Shown here one piece after another: positions 48,440 to 58,536 of a stretch of DNA of 64,000 nucleotides. The stretch comes from Phycisphaerae bacterium (GTDB lineage: Bacteria; Planctomycetota; Phycisphaerae; UBA1845). Numbering within the stretch: position 1 is the stretch's first letter; every line of letters starts with the position of its first letter. Made by a program: the position numbers and the translations under genes. Below the pieces are notes generated by a model, which did not search any database, was not told where the DNA came from, and worked only from the letters and a program-made list of their open reading frames with translations. Location of the stretch: NCBI GenBank assembly GCA_963666835.2, contig CAXXGO010000006.1, positions 2,368,001 through 2,432,000 on the forward strand, in the 5' to 3' direction.

Positions 48440-49404
48440 ACGCCACCTCGGTCCGGCTGGGGCACCGTGGAGGGCAGGTTGATCGGCTCACGGGGGCACG
48501 AGGCAAAGCAGCGGGCACAGTAAAGGCACGATGACGGCACCGCCCGCATTTGCTCGATGGCGCCAAGAGGGCACGATTCAACGCAGAGGCCGCAGTCCAA
48601 CTCCTTGTCCGGGGTGATGGTTACGCCCTTCCACGAAAAACGTGCGAGAATCGCCAGGATCGCTCCGTATGGACAAAGATACCGACAGTACGGCCGGCCC
48701 ACGAACAGACCGAGCGCGAGCAGCCCCCCTCCGACGAGCATCATGTTGCCCGGGCCCGCAAACCGGAAGAAACCTACAAACGGGTCGAACCGGCAGATGA
48801 TGAACTCGCGATCGACCGCCGGGGCGACGGCATACCACACGGCCAGGATCAGGTAAGCATACTTCAACGTCCCGAGAGCCTTGTCCAACCGGCGTGGAAC
48901 CTGCACCGGTTTGAGCAGCACCAAATCCTGGATCGCTCCGAGCGGACACACTCCGCCGCAGAACACGCGCCCGATCAGCAAAGCCGCAATGAGCGGCAGA
49001 AAGAAGAACACCAGCACGACGAACGGGACCGTGTAACTTGCGTCCGTAAGGGCCACCGTGACGTTTTGGATAGCGCCAATCGGGCACACGCAACCCTCTC
49101 GATAGAACCCGAAGTACAGCAGGCAGCCGACGGTCAGGACTACGAGCCAGTTGCGGCTGCGGCGGCCGAGCACTATCCAGGCCGAGAGCCCCATCGCCAG
49201 GGCCAAGAGCAGAGCGTCCACGGCGCTCCACCAAGCCGCCTTAGGCTGCGGATGCTGCACCGGGGGCGTTACATATCCGTTGCCGATGTCGGCATCCGGC
49301 GGAACGACGTCCACCTCTCGCGTATACTCGGCGCCGAACGAGCCGATCGGAGTTATGAAGGAGATTGCGAGAATGAGCAAGACCGCCAGAGATACCTGTT
49401 TCAC
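48436..49404 (-). CDS. Membrane 4Fe-4S-binding protein (NapH/NosR C-term/CcoG-like)
   Basis: About 5-6 TM helices; GCVCP, FCGGVCPLG, YCRYLCPYG; DCGLCVESCP / CLYCARCFASCP. Confidence 0.88.
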   Translation of the reverse strand: MKQVSLAVLLILAISFITPIGSFGAEYTREVDVVPPDADIGNGYVTPPVQHPQPKAAWWSAVDALLLALAMGLSAWIVLGRRSRNWLVVLTVGCLLYFGFYREGCVCPIGAIQNVTVALTDASYTVPFVVLVFFFLPLIAALLIGRVFCGGVCPLGAIQDLVLLKPVQVPRRLDKALGTLKYAYLILAVWYAVAPAVDREFIICRFDPFVGFFRFAGPGNMMLVGGGLLALGLFVGRPYCRYLCPYGAILAILARFSWKGVTITPDKELDCGLCVESCPLGAIEQMRAVPSSCLYCARCFASCPREPINLPSTVPQPDRGGV

Positions 49405-50066
49405 TCGGTGCCCCCTGTTACGTCGATGTGCGGATCATCCGTGCCGTGCGGCGCTTCGTTTGCGCGGGTGACGGTTAGAGCCATCTTCTCCTTTGATGTC
49501 ATAGCAATGGCATCTTCCGGACAGGCCATGGCGATGGCACAGCGGTTGCAATCGACACAAAGGTCATACCGCACTTCCAGACGAAGCGATCCCAACCCGG
49601 CGGGCTCCTTACACGCCATGACGCACTTGCCGCATCCGTTGCACAGCTTCTCGTCGATCGTGTAGTCGTAGAAGTTGTTCAGCGGGTCGTCCGGGTCGAC
49701 GTCTCCGATCGGGTTGCGGCGGATGGCGTCTCGCGGGCAGAGTCGGCGAGTGGGTAGACCGTCGCGGCCTATCTCGCTGGTTACATCGAAATACCCCGGG
49801 CAAATGCAGCAGCGCCCGCACTTGGCGAACTCGTTGACGGCGCGCACGGCTGACAGCGGCAGAACGCAGGTCGTAGCGCATTTGTCGCAGAAGGGGACTC
49901 CCGTCGCTCCAAGCCGGATATTGATGCACTTGGCCGGGTCGATCAGCCAGACGCCCTCGGCCCCGGCGCGGTTGGCCAGGTAGATGAGCGGTCCGCCGAC
50001 CGCGAGTGCACCCACCCCGCGCGCGGCATACTTGAGAACGTCCCTGCGGGTCGGCTCTTCGTTCAT
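49401..50066 (-). CDS. Tat-signal polyferredoxin
   Basis: TRRDVLK twin-Arg leader; CDKCATTC, CGRCCICP, LCPRDAI, CNGCGKCVMAC, CVDCNRC...ACP. Confidence 0.85.
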   Translation of the reverse strand: MNEEPTRRDVLKYAARGVGALAVGGPLIYLANRAGAEGVWLIDPAKCINIRLGATGVPFCDKCATTCVLPLSAVRAVNEFAKCGRCCICPGYFDVTSEIGRDGLPTRRLCPRDAIRRNPIGDVDPDDPLNNFYDYTIDEKLCNGCGKCVMACKEPAGLGSLRLEVRYDLCVDCNRCAIAMACPEDAIAMTSKEKMALTVTRANEAPHGTDDPHIDVTGGTE

Positions 50067-50947
50067 GGCTGAGAGACCTCCTCATTAGTTTGGGTTGAGC
50101 CTTTCGGCTCGACTCCTTCGCTCTCGCTGAGCGGGGCGAACACGTGAATGCGAAGCTGCACCGTGTCAACCACGTATATGCGGTTCTGAGAATCGATGGC
50201 CACGTCCATGTTCTTGCACACGGGGTCGAACTCTTGGGAGGCTACCACTGCGCGGAACTCCCCCGCCCCGGTATAGAGCTTCACGCGCGGGTTAGCTTTC
50301 TCGGTTACGACCACGTCTCCGTTCGCGGCGAGCGTTATATTCGATGGATTGCAGCACCCGGGGAAGTCCCCCGGGCGGCGAGTACCGAAACGCCCGAAGA
50401 AACCGAGAAGTTCGCCTTCCATAGAGTATCGTTCGATTCGGTGTTTAGCCGGGTTGGCGGCGTGGATGGTTCCCTTGTCGTCGACGCTGAAATCCAACCG
50501 GCCGTTGGGGATCATGAAGCCCTTGGTCCGGTTGTCCTTGCCGATGTTGTTTTGCCACTGTCCGGTCTTGTCGAAGCGGCGAATGCAACGGTCGCCGGAG
50601 TCGGCGACCAGGACGAAGTCGCCGTAGAACCCGATCGCAGTGACTAACCGGAGTCGCTCCTCGTCTTGCCAGAGATCAATGCGGTTGCCGGCGGCGTCGA
50701 ACATCTCCAGTTGGCCCGGTTCGCCGACGAAGACGGTGCCGTCGGCGCGGACCGCGACGCATTGGGCCGGCCTATCCGTGGACCAGCTTCGCTGCAGTTC
50801 GCCAAGGTTGTTGAACACCTTGATGGAGCTGTCACCTGCGGCATACACGAGCCCGGGGCTGTCGACCGCGATGCCCCGCAGCGCCTGTGCGAACTGCTCC
50901 GGACCGGAGCCCTTGCCGCTGATGGTCAACACCTGGCGATATTCCAT
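50063..50947 (-). CDS. NHL-repeat beta-propeller with GCCNP motif
   Basis: GSGPEQF..LRGIAVD, VLVADSGDRCIRRFD, DVAIDSQNRIYVVD; FPGCCNP. Confidence 0.85.
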   Translation of the reverse strand: MEYRQVLTISGKGSGPEQFAQALRGIAVDSPGLVYAAGDSSIKVFNNLGELQRSWSTDRPAQCVAVRADGTVFVGEPGQLEMFDAAGNRIDLWQDEERLRLVTAIGFYGDFVLVADSGDRCIRRFDKTGQWQNNIGKDNRTKGFMIPNGRLDFSVDDKGTIHAANPAKHRIERYSMEGELLGFFGRFGTRRPGDFPGCCNPSNITLAANGDVVVTEKANPRVKLYTGAGEFRAVVASQEFDPVCKNMDVAIDSQNRIYVVDTVQLRIHVFAPLSESEGVEPKGSTQTNEEVSQP

Positions 50948-50965
50948 CGCATCTCTCCGAACCCG

Positions 50966-52231
50966 CTAATCCGCCGTCTTGCCGACGTCGAGGCACATTA
51001 GCTTGCGCATGTTTCGAATGATGAGCTTGCCGTCCGACAGACTGAGCGGGGCCCACACGTCCGGACCGGTTAGGAGCTGGGCGCTGGCCAGCTCGCGATA
51101 CTCCGATACGTTTGCCTCGAGCAACCGGAGCATTCCGGTTTTACCTTCGAGAATGTAGAACATCCCGTCGGCCAGGATGTAGCTGCCCAATCCGAACGAG
51201 GCGTGCCCCTGGCTGGTCCAGACCTGTTCCCCTTTCACGTTCAGGCAGGTGAACAGCCCGCGGCGCTTCTTGCCGACGGCAAACATGTGGTTCTCGAACA
51301 CGATCGGAGTGTGCGTCTCTGAGTTCCACTCGTCCGTTTTCAGGGTGAAGACGTGCTCGGGTTTAAACTCGTCACCGTCTTTCTTCACCCGGATCATCAC
51401 GGAGTCCGCCTCGTAGCAACTGGTCATGAACACCAGATCATCACCGACGATCAGCGGGGAAATCGGCACGGACAGGTTGAACTTCCAGGGGAACGACCAG
51501 AGCAGTCTTCCATCGTCGGCGGCAACCCCTACGATTTTCGTCAGCGTGCTGTATAGATACTGCTTGACGCCGTCAATCGTCGCGGGCATTACCGAGGCGT
51601 GAGACATCGGATCACCCTCCGGGTTGGGGGTCTTCCAGATTACGTCTCCGTTGGCCTTGTTGAACGCTACAAGCAATGCATCTCCGCCGGTAGCGATAAT
51701 CACGCGATCATCCTCGATGAGCGGGCATTGCCCGTTGTACCAGGCCGGGATGAGCGTGTTATACTCGCGCACCATGCTCTTGCGCCAGAGTTCTTCTCCA
51801 TTCTCGGCTTTAAGGCAATGGAGCACGCACTTGGGGTCCAGCGAGAAGACATATTCTCCGTCGACCGCCGGCATGGTACGCGTGATCCCGTGATTGGGCC
51901 GGATGCGTTTCTTATCTCGATAGCACCAGATCTCCTTTCCGTCGGAAAGGGCAAGGCACCGCAACAGCCACTCGTTCGTATTACGGTCGTAGTCGTTGAG
52001 ATACACCCTTCCGTCGAAGATGGCCGGTGCCGAGTAGCCCTCGCAAACCTCTGTGGTCCATAGAGTCTTCGGGCCGCCTTCCGGCCACGACCGCAACAGC
52101 CCCGTTTCAGCGGAGATCGCGTTGCGGTTCGGGCCTCGGAACTGCGGCCAGTTGTCCGCCATTGCCGTTGCGGCTGTCAGGGCGCTCCAGATTGCCAGGG
52201 CTGCCGCGTAATGCCGCGGTTGTCTGCTCAT
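50966..52231 (-). CDS. Secreted PQQ-like beta-propeller repeat protein
   Basis: Signal peptide; NWPQFRGPNRN; repeated A/C-L-x-x-x-G-x-x-x-W blades; WAPLSLSDGKLIIR. Confidence 0.9.
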   Translation of the reverse strand: MSRQPRHYAAALAIWSALTAATAMADNWPQFRGPNRNAISAETGLLRSWPEGGPKTLWTTEVCEGYSAPAIFDGRVYLNDYDRNTNEWLLRCLALSDGKEIWCYRDKKRIRPNHGITRTMPAVDGEYVFSLDPKCVLHCLKAENGEELWRKSMVREYNTLIPAWYNGQCPLIEDDRVIIATGGDALLVAFNKANGDVIWKTPNPEGDPMSHASVMPATIDGVKQYLYSTLTKIVGVAADDGRLLWSFPWKFNLSVPISPLIVGDDLVFMTSCYEADSVMIRVKKDGDEFKPEHVFTLKTDEWNSETHTPIVFENHMFAVGKKRRGLFTCLNVKGEQVWTSQGHASFGLGSYILADGMFYILEGKTGMLRLLEANVSEYRELASAQLLTGPDVWAPLSLSDGKLIIRNMRKLMCLDVGKTAD

Positions 52232-52264
52232 CAGGTTTCTCCCGTTCGCCACGTCGTTGCCGGC

Positions 52265-53575
52265 CTAGCCCAGATCGAATGCCATAATGTGCTTGCGGTC
52301 ACGCACGTAGAGCGTCTTACCCACGAGCGTCGGCGCCGCCCAGGCGTACGGCTCCGCGATCTTGCATTTTGAGTGAATGGTCAATCCATCCTCCGTTGCC
52401 GTGCCCAAGGCCAGGTAGCCTTCTTGATCGAGGATGATGACCTTGCCGTCGGCAAGTACGCAGGTGGCTTTGCCGAAACCGCGTGCGATCCACTCCCGTT
52501 TCCCGGTCTTCACGTTGAGGCACGTGATAAAGGCCGGATCTGCGCCGCTGGAGCCGAATACCAGGTCGCCGATGTGTATCGGATTGGCGTGGTTGATCCT
52601 CAGGCGTTTGCTCTTCCACAGCTCCTCGGGCACGATCTCGCCGTTTTTCTTGGTGAGCTTCAACATGCGGCTGCCGCTCGGGTTCGAATAGAAGATCAGG
52701 TCGTCGTCTATCTTGAGCGGCGTCGCCATGTTCCCCTCAGGCTTCTCGAATACGTCACTCCAAAGCAGCTTGCCGGAATGCGGGTCTACTCCGACGATCG
52801 CTTCAGCCATCAGCAGAACGAGCTGCTTCTGCCTGTCGAAATCGATCAGAATCGGCGAGGAGTGCGCGATCGCATGGTCCTGGGTCTTCCAGACCACTTC
52901 CCCGGTTGCCTGATCGAACGCGATCAGCGATTGTCCGACCGGGGCCTTCTCAGCTTCACCTTCGGCCTTTTCGTCGTCGTTCTCGCGAACCCGGTCTACG
53001 GGAATGATCACCATGTCGTCATAGGCAATAGCACTGCACGAATAGCTCCAATGCGGAGTGGGGGCGTTGAACTCGGCGGCGAGATCGTGCTTCCAGATGA
53101 CCTTTCCCGTGTCCTTGGCCAGGCAGTGCAGGACCGCGTTGGCGCCCAAGGTGAAGACTCGGCCGCCGGTTATCAAAGGAGAGGAGTTGGGGCCGAATCC
53201 GAACTGCTCCGTTCCCGTGCGGGGGGGCGAAGGGTTGCGGTGCTCCCAGACGGTCGCGCCGGTTTCGGCATCCAGGGCCACGCTGACTTCGTCCTCTCCC
53301 GATCGATACATGGTGAACAGCATTCCGCCGTCCGCCGTGATCGTGGCATAACCATCCCCGAGTTCCCGGTGCCAGAGCCGCGGCGGTCCGTCTTCAGGCC
53401 AGGAATCGGCCAGTCCCTGCGCTTCGACCATGAAGTCTCGGTTCGGACCGCCCCACTGATTCCACCCGGTCGACGTCGCACATCCGGCCGGACCCGCCAA
53501 AAAAAGAGCTGCAACCGCCGGGACCGCGACGATTCCCCAACCGCCTCGAGGTTTGTTATTCGTTAGCACAGTCAT
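52265..53575 (-). CDS. PQQ-like beta-propeller repeat protein (tandem paralog 6; possible lipoprotein)
   Basis: LAGPAGC; WNQWGGPNRDF...LYVRDRKHIMAFDLG. Confidence 0.9.
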   Translation of the reverse strand: MTVLTNNKPRGGWGIVAVPAVAALFLAGPAGCATSTGWNQWGGPNRDFMVEAQGLADSWPEDGPPRLWHRELGDGYATITADGGMLFTMYRSGEDEVSVALDAETGATVWEHRNPSPPRTGTEQFGFGPNSSPLITGGRVFTLGANAVLHCLAKDTGKVIWKHDLAAEFNAPTPHWSYSCSAIAYDDMVIIPVDRVRENDDEKAEGEAEKAPVGQSLIAFDQATGEVVWKTQDHAIAHSSPILIDFDRQKQLVLLMAEAIVGVDPHSGKLLWSDVFEKPEGNMATPLKIDDDLIFYSNPSGSRMLKLTKKNGEIVPEELWKSKRLRINHANPIHIGDLVFGSSGADPAFITCLNVKTGKREWIARGFGKATCVLADGKVIILDQEGYLALGTATEDGLTIHSKCKIAEPYAWAAPTLVGKTLYVRDRKHIMAFDLG

Positions 53576-53619
53576 TCTCACTTGGTCACTCCCGTTAGTT
53601 AGGACTATCTGCCTGTGGC

Positions 53620-54387
53620 TCAAGGGGCGAAATCGTCGGTCTTCTTGAACCCCTTCGGTACGACCAACTCGAACATCGCCGTCTTCATGGTCGGGCTGGC
53701 AACCAGGTTATCCAGAACGAGCGTGGTAGAGCCCTCCGTTCCCTCGGGATTATGGTAGATACGATCGACGCGGCGCGGCAGCCAGTCCTTCTTGGAGATA
53801 TACCACGTTGTTTTGGGGTCTTCACCGCGATCAACGACGACCGTGTGGCATGCTTCACCGCTGACGTCCGCCTCGTCGGTCAGTTGGACGTTCTCCACCT
53901 TCAGGTCCTCGGCCAGCGGTTCCTTCTCAGCCAGCTCGCGAAGCAGAAGGCGCTGCAGCCCGCGCTGGTGGCTACCGAGCACGGCCGGGTCGATATCCGC
54001 ATACGCAATCTTCGCCTGCATGTCGATGAGGTAGAACAACTCCCCATCAGACCCGGCCGTAAGTTCCAGGGCCTCGTCCGCGCCCTGCGGAGTGAGTTTC
54101 GCCTCGCATTGGAAGCGGGTGATGTCGTACTTGGACGGCTCGCCGATCTTCGTATTTCCCTCGACGGTTGGAACATACTGCTTCACCCAGCCGGTTCCTT
54201 CGTAGCGCCCGTAGTAGCTGGCGGACTTAACGTCCTTCAGAGCCGCCTCGGCTTTCCGTAGGATCTTCTTGGCTTCGTCCTTTGTGGCACTTCCGGATTC
54301 CGGTTCACCCGCGACGACATTTGCGAGCCCGGCAGACATCGCCAGCGCAAGGCCGAACGTAATCGTGGCCTTTGTTGTCCTTCTCAT
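53620..54387 (-). CDS. Secreted LolA/DUF2092-like beta-fold protein
   Basis: Signal peptide; AKKILRKAEAALK, GSDG..FY, GEACHTV, WYISKKDWLPRRV, FELVVPKGFK pattern typical of LolA-fold proteins. Confidence 0.6.
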   Translation of the reverse strand: MRRTTKATITFGLALAMSAGLANVVAGEPESGSATKDEAKKILRKAEAALKDVKSASYYGRYEGTGWVKQYVPTVEGNTKIGEPSKYDITRFQCEAKLTPQGADEALELTAGSDGELFYLIDMQAKIAYADIDPAVLGSHQRGLQRLLLRELAEKEPLAEDLKVENVQLTDEADVSGEACHTVVVDRGEDPKTTWYISKKDWLPRRVDRIYHNPEGTEGSTTLVLDNLVASPTMKTAMFELVVPKGFKKTDDFAP

Positions 54388-54501
54388 TTGCGGTTTCCTT
54401 CCTTCTGCGAATATTGGATTGCAGCCTGCTACCCTTGTTATTTCGGTCCGCCGCGGCGGGCGGATTCGCATACGCTCCACGGCGCCGGACGATATCACCA
54501 T

Positions 54502-55797
54502 CTATCCCAGGTCGAACGCCATGATGTTCTTTCGGTCTCTGATAAACAGCTTCGTTCCTGCCAGAGTCGGCGGTGTCCAGGACTCATGTTCCGACACCAT
54601 GCAATGCGAGTGAATCTTAAGGCCCTCCGGGCTCAGCGTCGCCAGGACCAGCCGGCCGTGCTCCTCGAGGGCGATGACCTTGCCGTCGGCGTAAACACAA
54701 GTGGCCTTTCTGAGACCCCGCTCCCGCCACGCTACTTCACCGGTGTGGATGTCAACGGCAACGAACAGGGTTGTGCCGAAGTCGCCGCTGGACCCGTAGA
54801 CGTAATCGCCGACCCGGATTGCGTTACCGTGGTGGACGCGTAACTTGCGATCATACCAGACCTGCTTCGGGACGGTTCTGCCGTTCTCTCGGGTGAGCTT
54901 AATAACCCGGCTGCCCGAAGCGTAGGCTGCGGAAAGGAAAATCAGGTCGTCGCCGGTCCACAACGGTGTGGCAATGTTTTCCTCCGGGGAAGGGAGGCAT
55001 TCCAGATGCCACAGCAACTTTCCGGTGCGCGGGGCTACCGCGATTACTTCTCTCCTCATGAACAGGACAAGCTGATCTTCACCCGCGAAGTTGATCAAAG
55101 CCGGTGATGAGTAGTCGATCGGGTAGTCCTGGCTCTGCCAGACAAGTTTGCCGGTCTCCTGATCGAAGGCCATGATCGATTGCCCGTCCGAGTCTTTCGA
55201 GGCACCGGCGCCCTCATCGCCGCCTCCGCGCGAACGGTCCCGGTCAACCGGAACGATGATGAGGTTCTCGTATGCAAGCGGACTGGGGGAATACCCGAAA
55301 TGCGGCAGCGGCGCTGCGTAGTCTGAGATGAGATCGTGTTTCCAGATGACCTTGCCGGTGTGCCTGTCGAGGCAGTGTAGCATCGCCTTTGCCCCGATCG
55401 TGAACAACCGATCGCCAACGAGCAGGGGCGTGGCGTGGGGACCGGGGCCGTATTCGGTCCCGGTGAATCCGTCCGGGTTTCGGTGTTCCCAGATTGTACG
55501 CCCCGAACGGGCGTCGAGGGCGATTGTTACTTCCGCCTTCCCCGCCGTGTACATGGTGTAGAGGGTGTCGCCCTCTGCGAGGATAGATGAGTACCCGTCG
55601 CCCAGCTCACGATGCCAGAGCTTCTTCGGGCCGTCTGCGGGCCATTCGTCCGCCAGGCCCGTGGCCTCCACCATGAAGTTGCGGTTAGGCCCACCCCACT
55701 GCAGCCACTGCCCGCTCGCGAAAGCGGTCTCCGCCGCCGCGGAGAGAAGCAGAAGGCCTAACACCGCCGACCGGCCGATGCGTCGTTTCCAGTACAT
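54502..55797 (-). CDS. PQQ-like beta-propeller repeat protein (tandem paralog 5)
   Basis: Signal peptide; WLQWGGPNRNF...LFIRDRKNIMAFDLG. Confidence 0.9.
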   Translation of the reverse strand: MYWKRRIGRSAVLGLLLLSAAAETAFASGQWLQWGGPNRNFMVEATGLADEWPADGPKKLWHRELGDGYSSILAEGDTLYTMYTAGKAEVTIALDARSGRTIWEHRNPDGFTGTEYGPGPHATPLLVGDRLFTIGAKAMLHCLDRHTGKVIWKHDLISDYAAPLPHFGYSPSPLAYENLIIVPVDRDRSRGGGDEGAGASKDSDGQSIMAFDQETGKLVWQSQDYPIDYSSPALINFAGEDQLVLFMRREVIAVAPRTGKLLWHLECLPSPEENIATPLWTGDDLIFLSAAYASGSRVIKLTRENGRTVPKQVWYDRKLRVHHGNAIRVGDYVYGSSGDFGTTLFVAVDIHTGEVAWRERGLRKATCVYADGKVIALEEHGRLVLATLSPEGLKIHSHCMVSEHESWTPPTLAGTKLFIRDRKNIMAFDLG

Positions 55798-55852
55798 ACC
55801 GTCCCCCAACTGGCCATACCGTCTCGCGCCGCAAGCCGCGCCGACGGGCTCG

Positions 55853-57190
55853 CTAGCCGAGATCGAGGGCCATTATATGCTTGCGGTCACGTATGTAGAG
55901 GGTCTTTCCTGTCAAGGTTGGTACAGTGAACGAGTGTCGTTCGGCCACTTTGCAGTTTGAGTGGACGGTGACGCCCTCGGGCGTGACGCTCGCCAGGGTG
56001 AGCTGTCCGTTCTCATCCAGGACGATTATCTTCCCGTCGGCGAACACGCATGACGCGTTCGGGAAGCCGCGTTGGACCCACTTCCGCTCTCCGGTCCGGA
56101 AGTCGAAGCCAAGTAAAACTTTGTCGGTTGCGCCGACCAGTTGGTTTCCAACGACGACCGGCGTCGGCTGGGACACTCGGATCTTGCGGTTATTCCAGAG
56201 TTCCGTCACGGAGGTCTTCCCGTCCTCCGTAGCAAGCCTAAGCGCGCGCCCCTGTGCCTGAGTCCCGGCTTCCGAGAAGAACAGCAGGTCCTTACCATTC
56301 CACACCGGGGTGACGCTCGTGTACTGCTGGCCGGTGCGATGATGCCAGAGCAGATCGCCGTTTATGGGGTCGACGCTGATTACGCCTTCATTGACGCACA
56401 AGACGAGCTGATCGCGCCCATCGAATTCTATCAGGATGGCAGAGGAGTACGTCGTTCCGAACTCCAGGGCTTTCCAGATCAACTTTCCTGAGTGTTGATC
56501 GAAGGCAATGAGCGTGTTCCCGGTGGCAGCCTCATGGTTCTCAGTCTGGCTCTCGGGAGGTGTCTGACGGCCGCCCGGCACTATGACCATGTTGCGGTAG
56601 GCGATGGGACTGCCGCACTGCCCGACATACCGGTCCTGCTGAGCTTCGTATTCGCGAATGAGGTCGTGCTTCCAGACGATCTTGCCGGTTTTCTTCTCGA
56701 AGCAGTGCAGGGCCGAGTTGGAGCCCAGCGTATACAGATAATCCCCGACAAGCAGCGGCGTGGCGTTCGGTCCTTGTCCGCCGTGTCTTTGATCCGGGGG
56801 TTCGAGCGTCGGCGCCGCGATCTTGTGTTCCCAGACAGTCCGGCCGGTCTTGGCGTCCATCGCAACCGTTATCTCGTACCGGCTCGTGATCTCCTTACGG
56901 TACATCGTGAAGATCAGATCATCGTCCGCCACAATAGCCGAGTAGCCGACGCCGAGTTCACGGTGCCAGAGCCTCGTTGGTCCCGACTCAGGCCAGGCGT
57001 TCGCCAGGCCCGACGTGTTCACCGTAAAGTCGCGGGTCGGACCGCCCCATTGAGGCCATTCTGCATGCGCTATGTTGCAGACCTCAACGGCGATAGCCGC
57101 AACGATCAGCCGCCGGCTCCAAATGGAGCGGTTGCGAATCGTGCCGATTGCCGAAGCAGCGGATGCCCCGCCGTTTTCGTCACGATGCAT
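55853..57190 (-). CDS. PQQ-like beta-propeller repeat protein (tandem paralog 4)
   Basis: AHA-EWPQWGGPTRDF...LYIRDRKHIMALDLG. Confidence 0.9.
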   Translation of the reverse strand: MHRDENGGASAASAIGTIRNRSIWSRRLIVAAIAVEVCNIAHAEWPQWGGPTRDFTVNTSGLANAWPESGPTRLWHRELGVGYSAIVADDDLIFTMYRKEITSRYEITVAMDAKTGRTVWEHKIAAPTLEPPDQRHGGQGPNATPLLVGDYLYTLGSNSALHCFEKKTGKIVWKHDLIREYEAQQDRYVGQCGSPIAYRNMVIVPGGRQTPPESQTENHEAATGNTLIAFDQHSGKLIWKALEFGTTYSSAILIEFDGRDQLVLCVNEGVISVDPINGDLLWHHRTGQQYTSVTPVWNGKDLLFFSEAGTQAQGRALRLATEDGKTSVTELWNNRKIRVSQPTPVVVGNQLVGATDKVLLGFDFRTGERKWVQRGFPNASCVFADGKIIVLDENGQLTLASVTPEGVTVHSNCKVAERHSFTVPTLTGKTLYIRDRKHIMALDLG

Positions 57191-58481
57191 TACTGCTACC
57201 TCCCAGGTTCAGGGCCATGATGTGTTCCTCATCACGTACATATAACGTGGAACCTACAAGGGTCGGGGCGGTGAAGGACCACTCTTTGGTCAGTTGACAA
57301 TGCGTGTTGACGATCGGCCCTTCCCGAGTAACGGTTACCAGGCCGAGATTCCCGGCGTGATCCAACACGATGAGTTTCTCGCCGCCGATCGCGACTCCTG
57401 ACGGGACAAGTCGCTTGACCCACAAACGCTCGCCGGTGTTAACGTCCAAGGCTGCGAAGAGCGACTCCCTACCGTCGCCCCGTTTGGCACCGACCAGCAT
57501 GTCGCCGACGAGTATGGGGGTAGCCATGCCCAGCGGCGCTTTTTTGTTGGACCACAGGGGTTCGGCTACGGTCTTACCGTCACGGTCAACCAGGCGGACG
57601 GCGCAGCCGGATTCACGCGACGAGAAGAAGATCGTATCAGCCCCGTTCCAGACTGGAGTGGCGAATGCGCCTGCGGTTTCCGCCTCGGCGAGCGGATGTT
57701 TCCAGATAAGCTCGCCGTTGGCCGGGTCGACACCAATGAGACCCTCTTTGGTGAACAGGACGAAGTGATCTTTGCCGCCGAAAGTGATTAGAATCCCGGA
57801 CGAGTGTTGGAGGTGGAATGTCTGGCTTCTCCACACCACCTTACCGGTTGCCTGGTCGAAGGCGGCCAGCGACTTCCCCTCGCTCTTATCGTCCGCGGCC
57901 CGCCCCAACGGGACGATGATCGTGTCGCCGTAGGCAAGAGGGCTGCAGGAATAGCCGCAGGTCTCGATCTGCGCTCCGAAGTCCTTGAGAAGCTCGTGCT
58001 TCCAGAGGATCTCACCGTCGGCTTTTTGGAAGCACTGCAACAAGGCGTTCCTGCCGAGGGTGAACAGCCGGTCCCCGACGACCAATGGTGTGGCGTTGGG
58101 CCCGGAGAACTCCTTGCCGTGGTCCGGAGTCGACTCCGCAATCGTGGCGACGTTCCGCTTTCTCCAGATTGTCTTCCCTGTTTGGGCGTCGAGGGCGACG
58201 ACGAACTCATGTCTGCTCGACTTGTTCTGCCGGTATTGGGTAAAGAGCATATTCCCATCCACAGTGATCGCAGAGTATCCCGTGCCCAGGGGACGATGCC
58301 ACAGCTTCTCCGGCCCGCCTTCGGGCCAGGAGTCGGCGAGTTGGGATGTATCTGCCGTGAAGTTGCGATTCGGCCCACCCCACTGGAGCCATTGGGCGTT
58401 AGTTGGTTGGGCCGATAGAATGGCGGTCAGGGCCGCCGCGATGAGGATGGCTATATCGCGTTTCGTTGAAGGTGCATTCAT
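57180..58481 (-). CDS. PQQ-like beta-propeller repeat protein (tandem paralog 3)
   Basis: GGAG RBS; signal peptide; WLQWGGPNRNF...LYVRDEEHIMALNLG. Confidence 0.9.
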   Translation of the reverse strand: MNAPSTKRDIAILIAAALTAILSAQPTNAQWLQWGGPNRNFTADTSQLADSWPEGGPEKLWHRPLGTGYSAITVDGNMLFTQYRQNKSSRHEFVVALDAQTGKTIWRKRNVATIAESTPDHGKEFSGPNATPLVVGDRLFTLGRNALLQCFQKADGEILWKHELLKDFGAQIETCGYSCSPLAYGDTIIVPLGRAADDKSEGKSLAAFDQATGKVVWRSQTFHLQHSSGILITFGGKDHFVLFTKEGLIGVDPANGELIWKHPLAEAETAGAFATPVWNGADTIFFSSRESGCAVRLVDRDGKTVAEPLWSNKKAPLGMATPILVGDMLVGAKRGDGRESLFAALDVNTGERLWVKRLVPSGVAIGGEKLIVLDHAGNLGLVTVTREGPIVNTHCQLTKEWSFTAPTLVGSTLYVRDEEHIMALNLGGSSNAS

Positions 58482-58536
58482 GTCAGTCTCCATACAGGTC
58501 GGGTTTCGAGAGATCGATTCTCGAGTCGGCCCCGGA

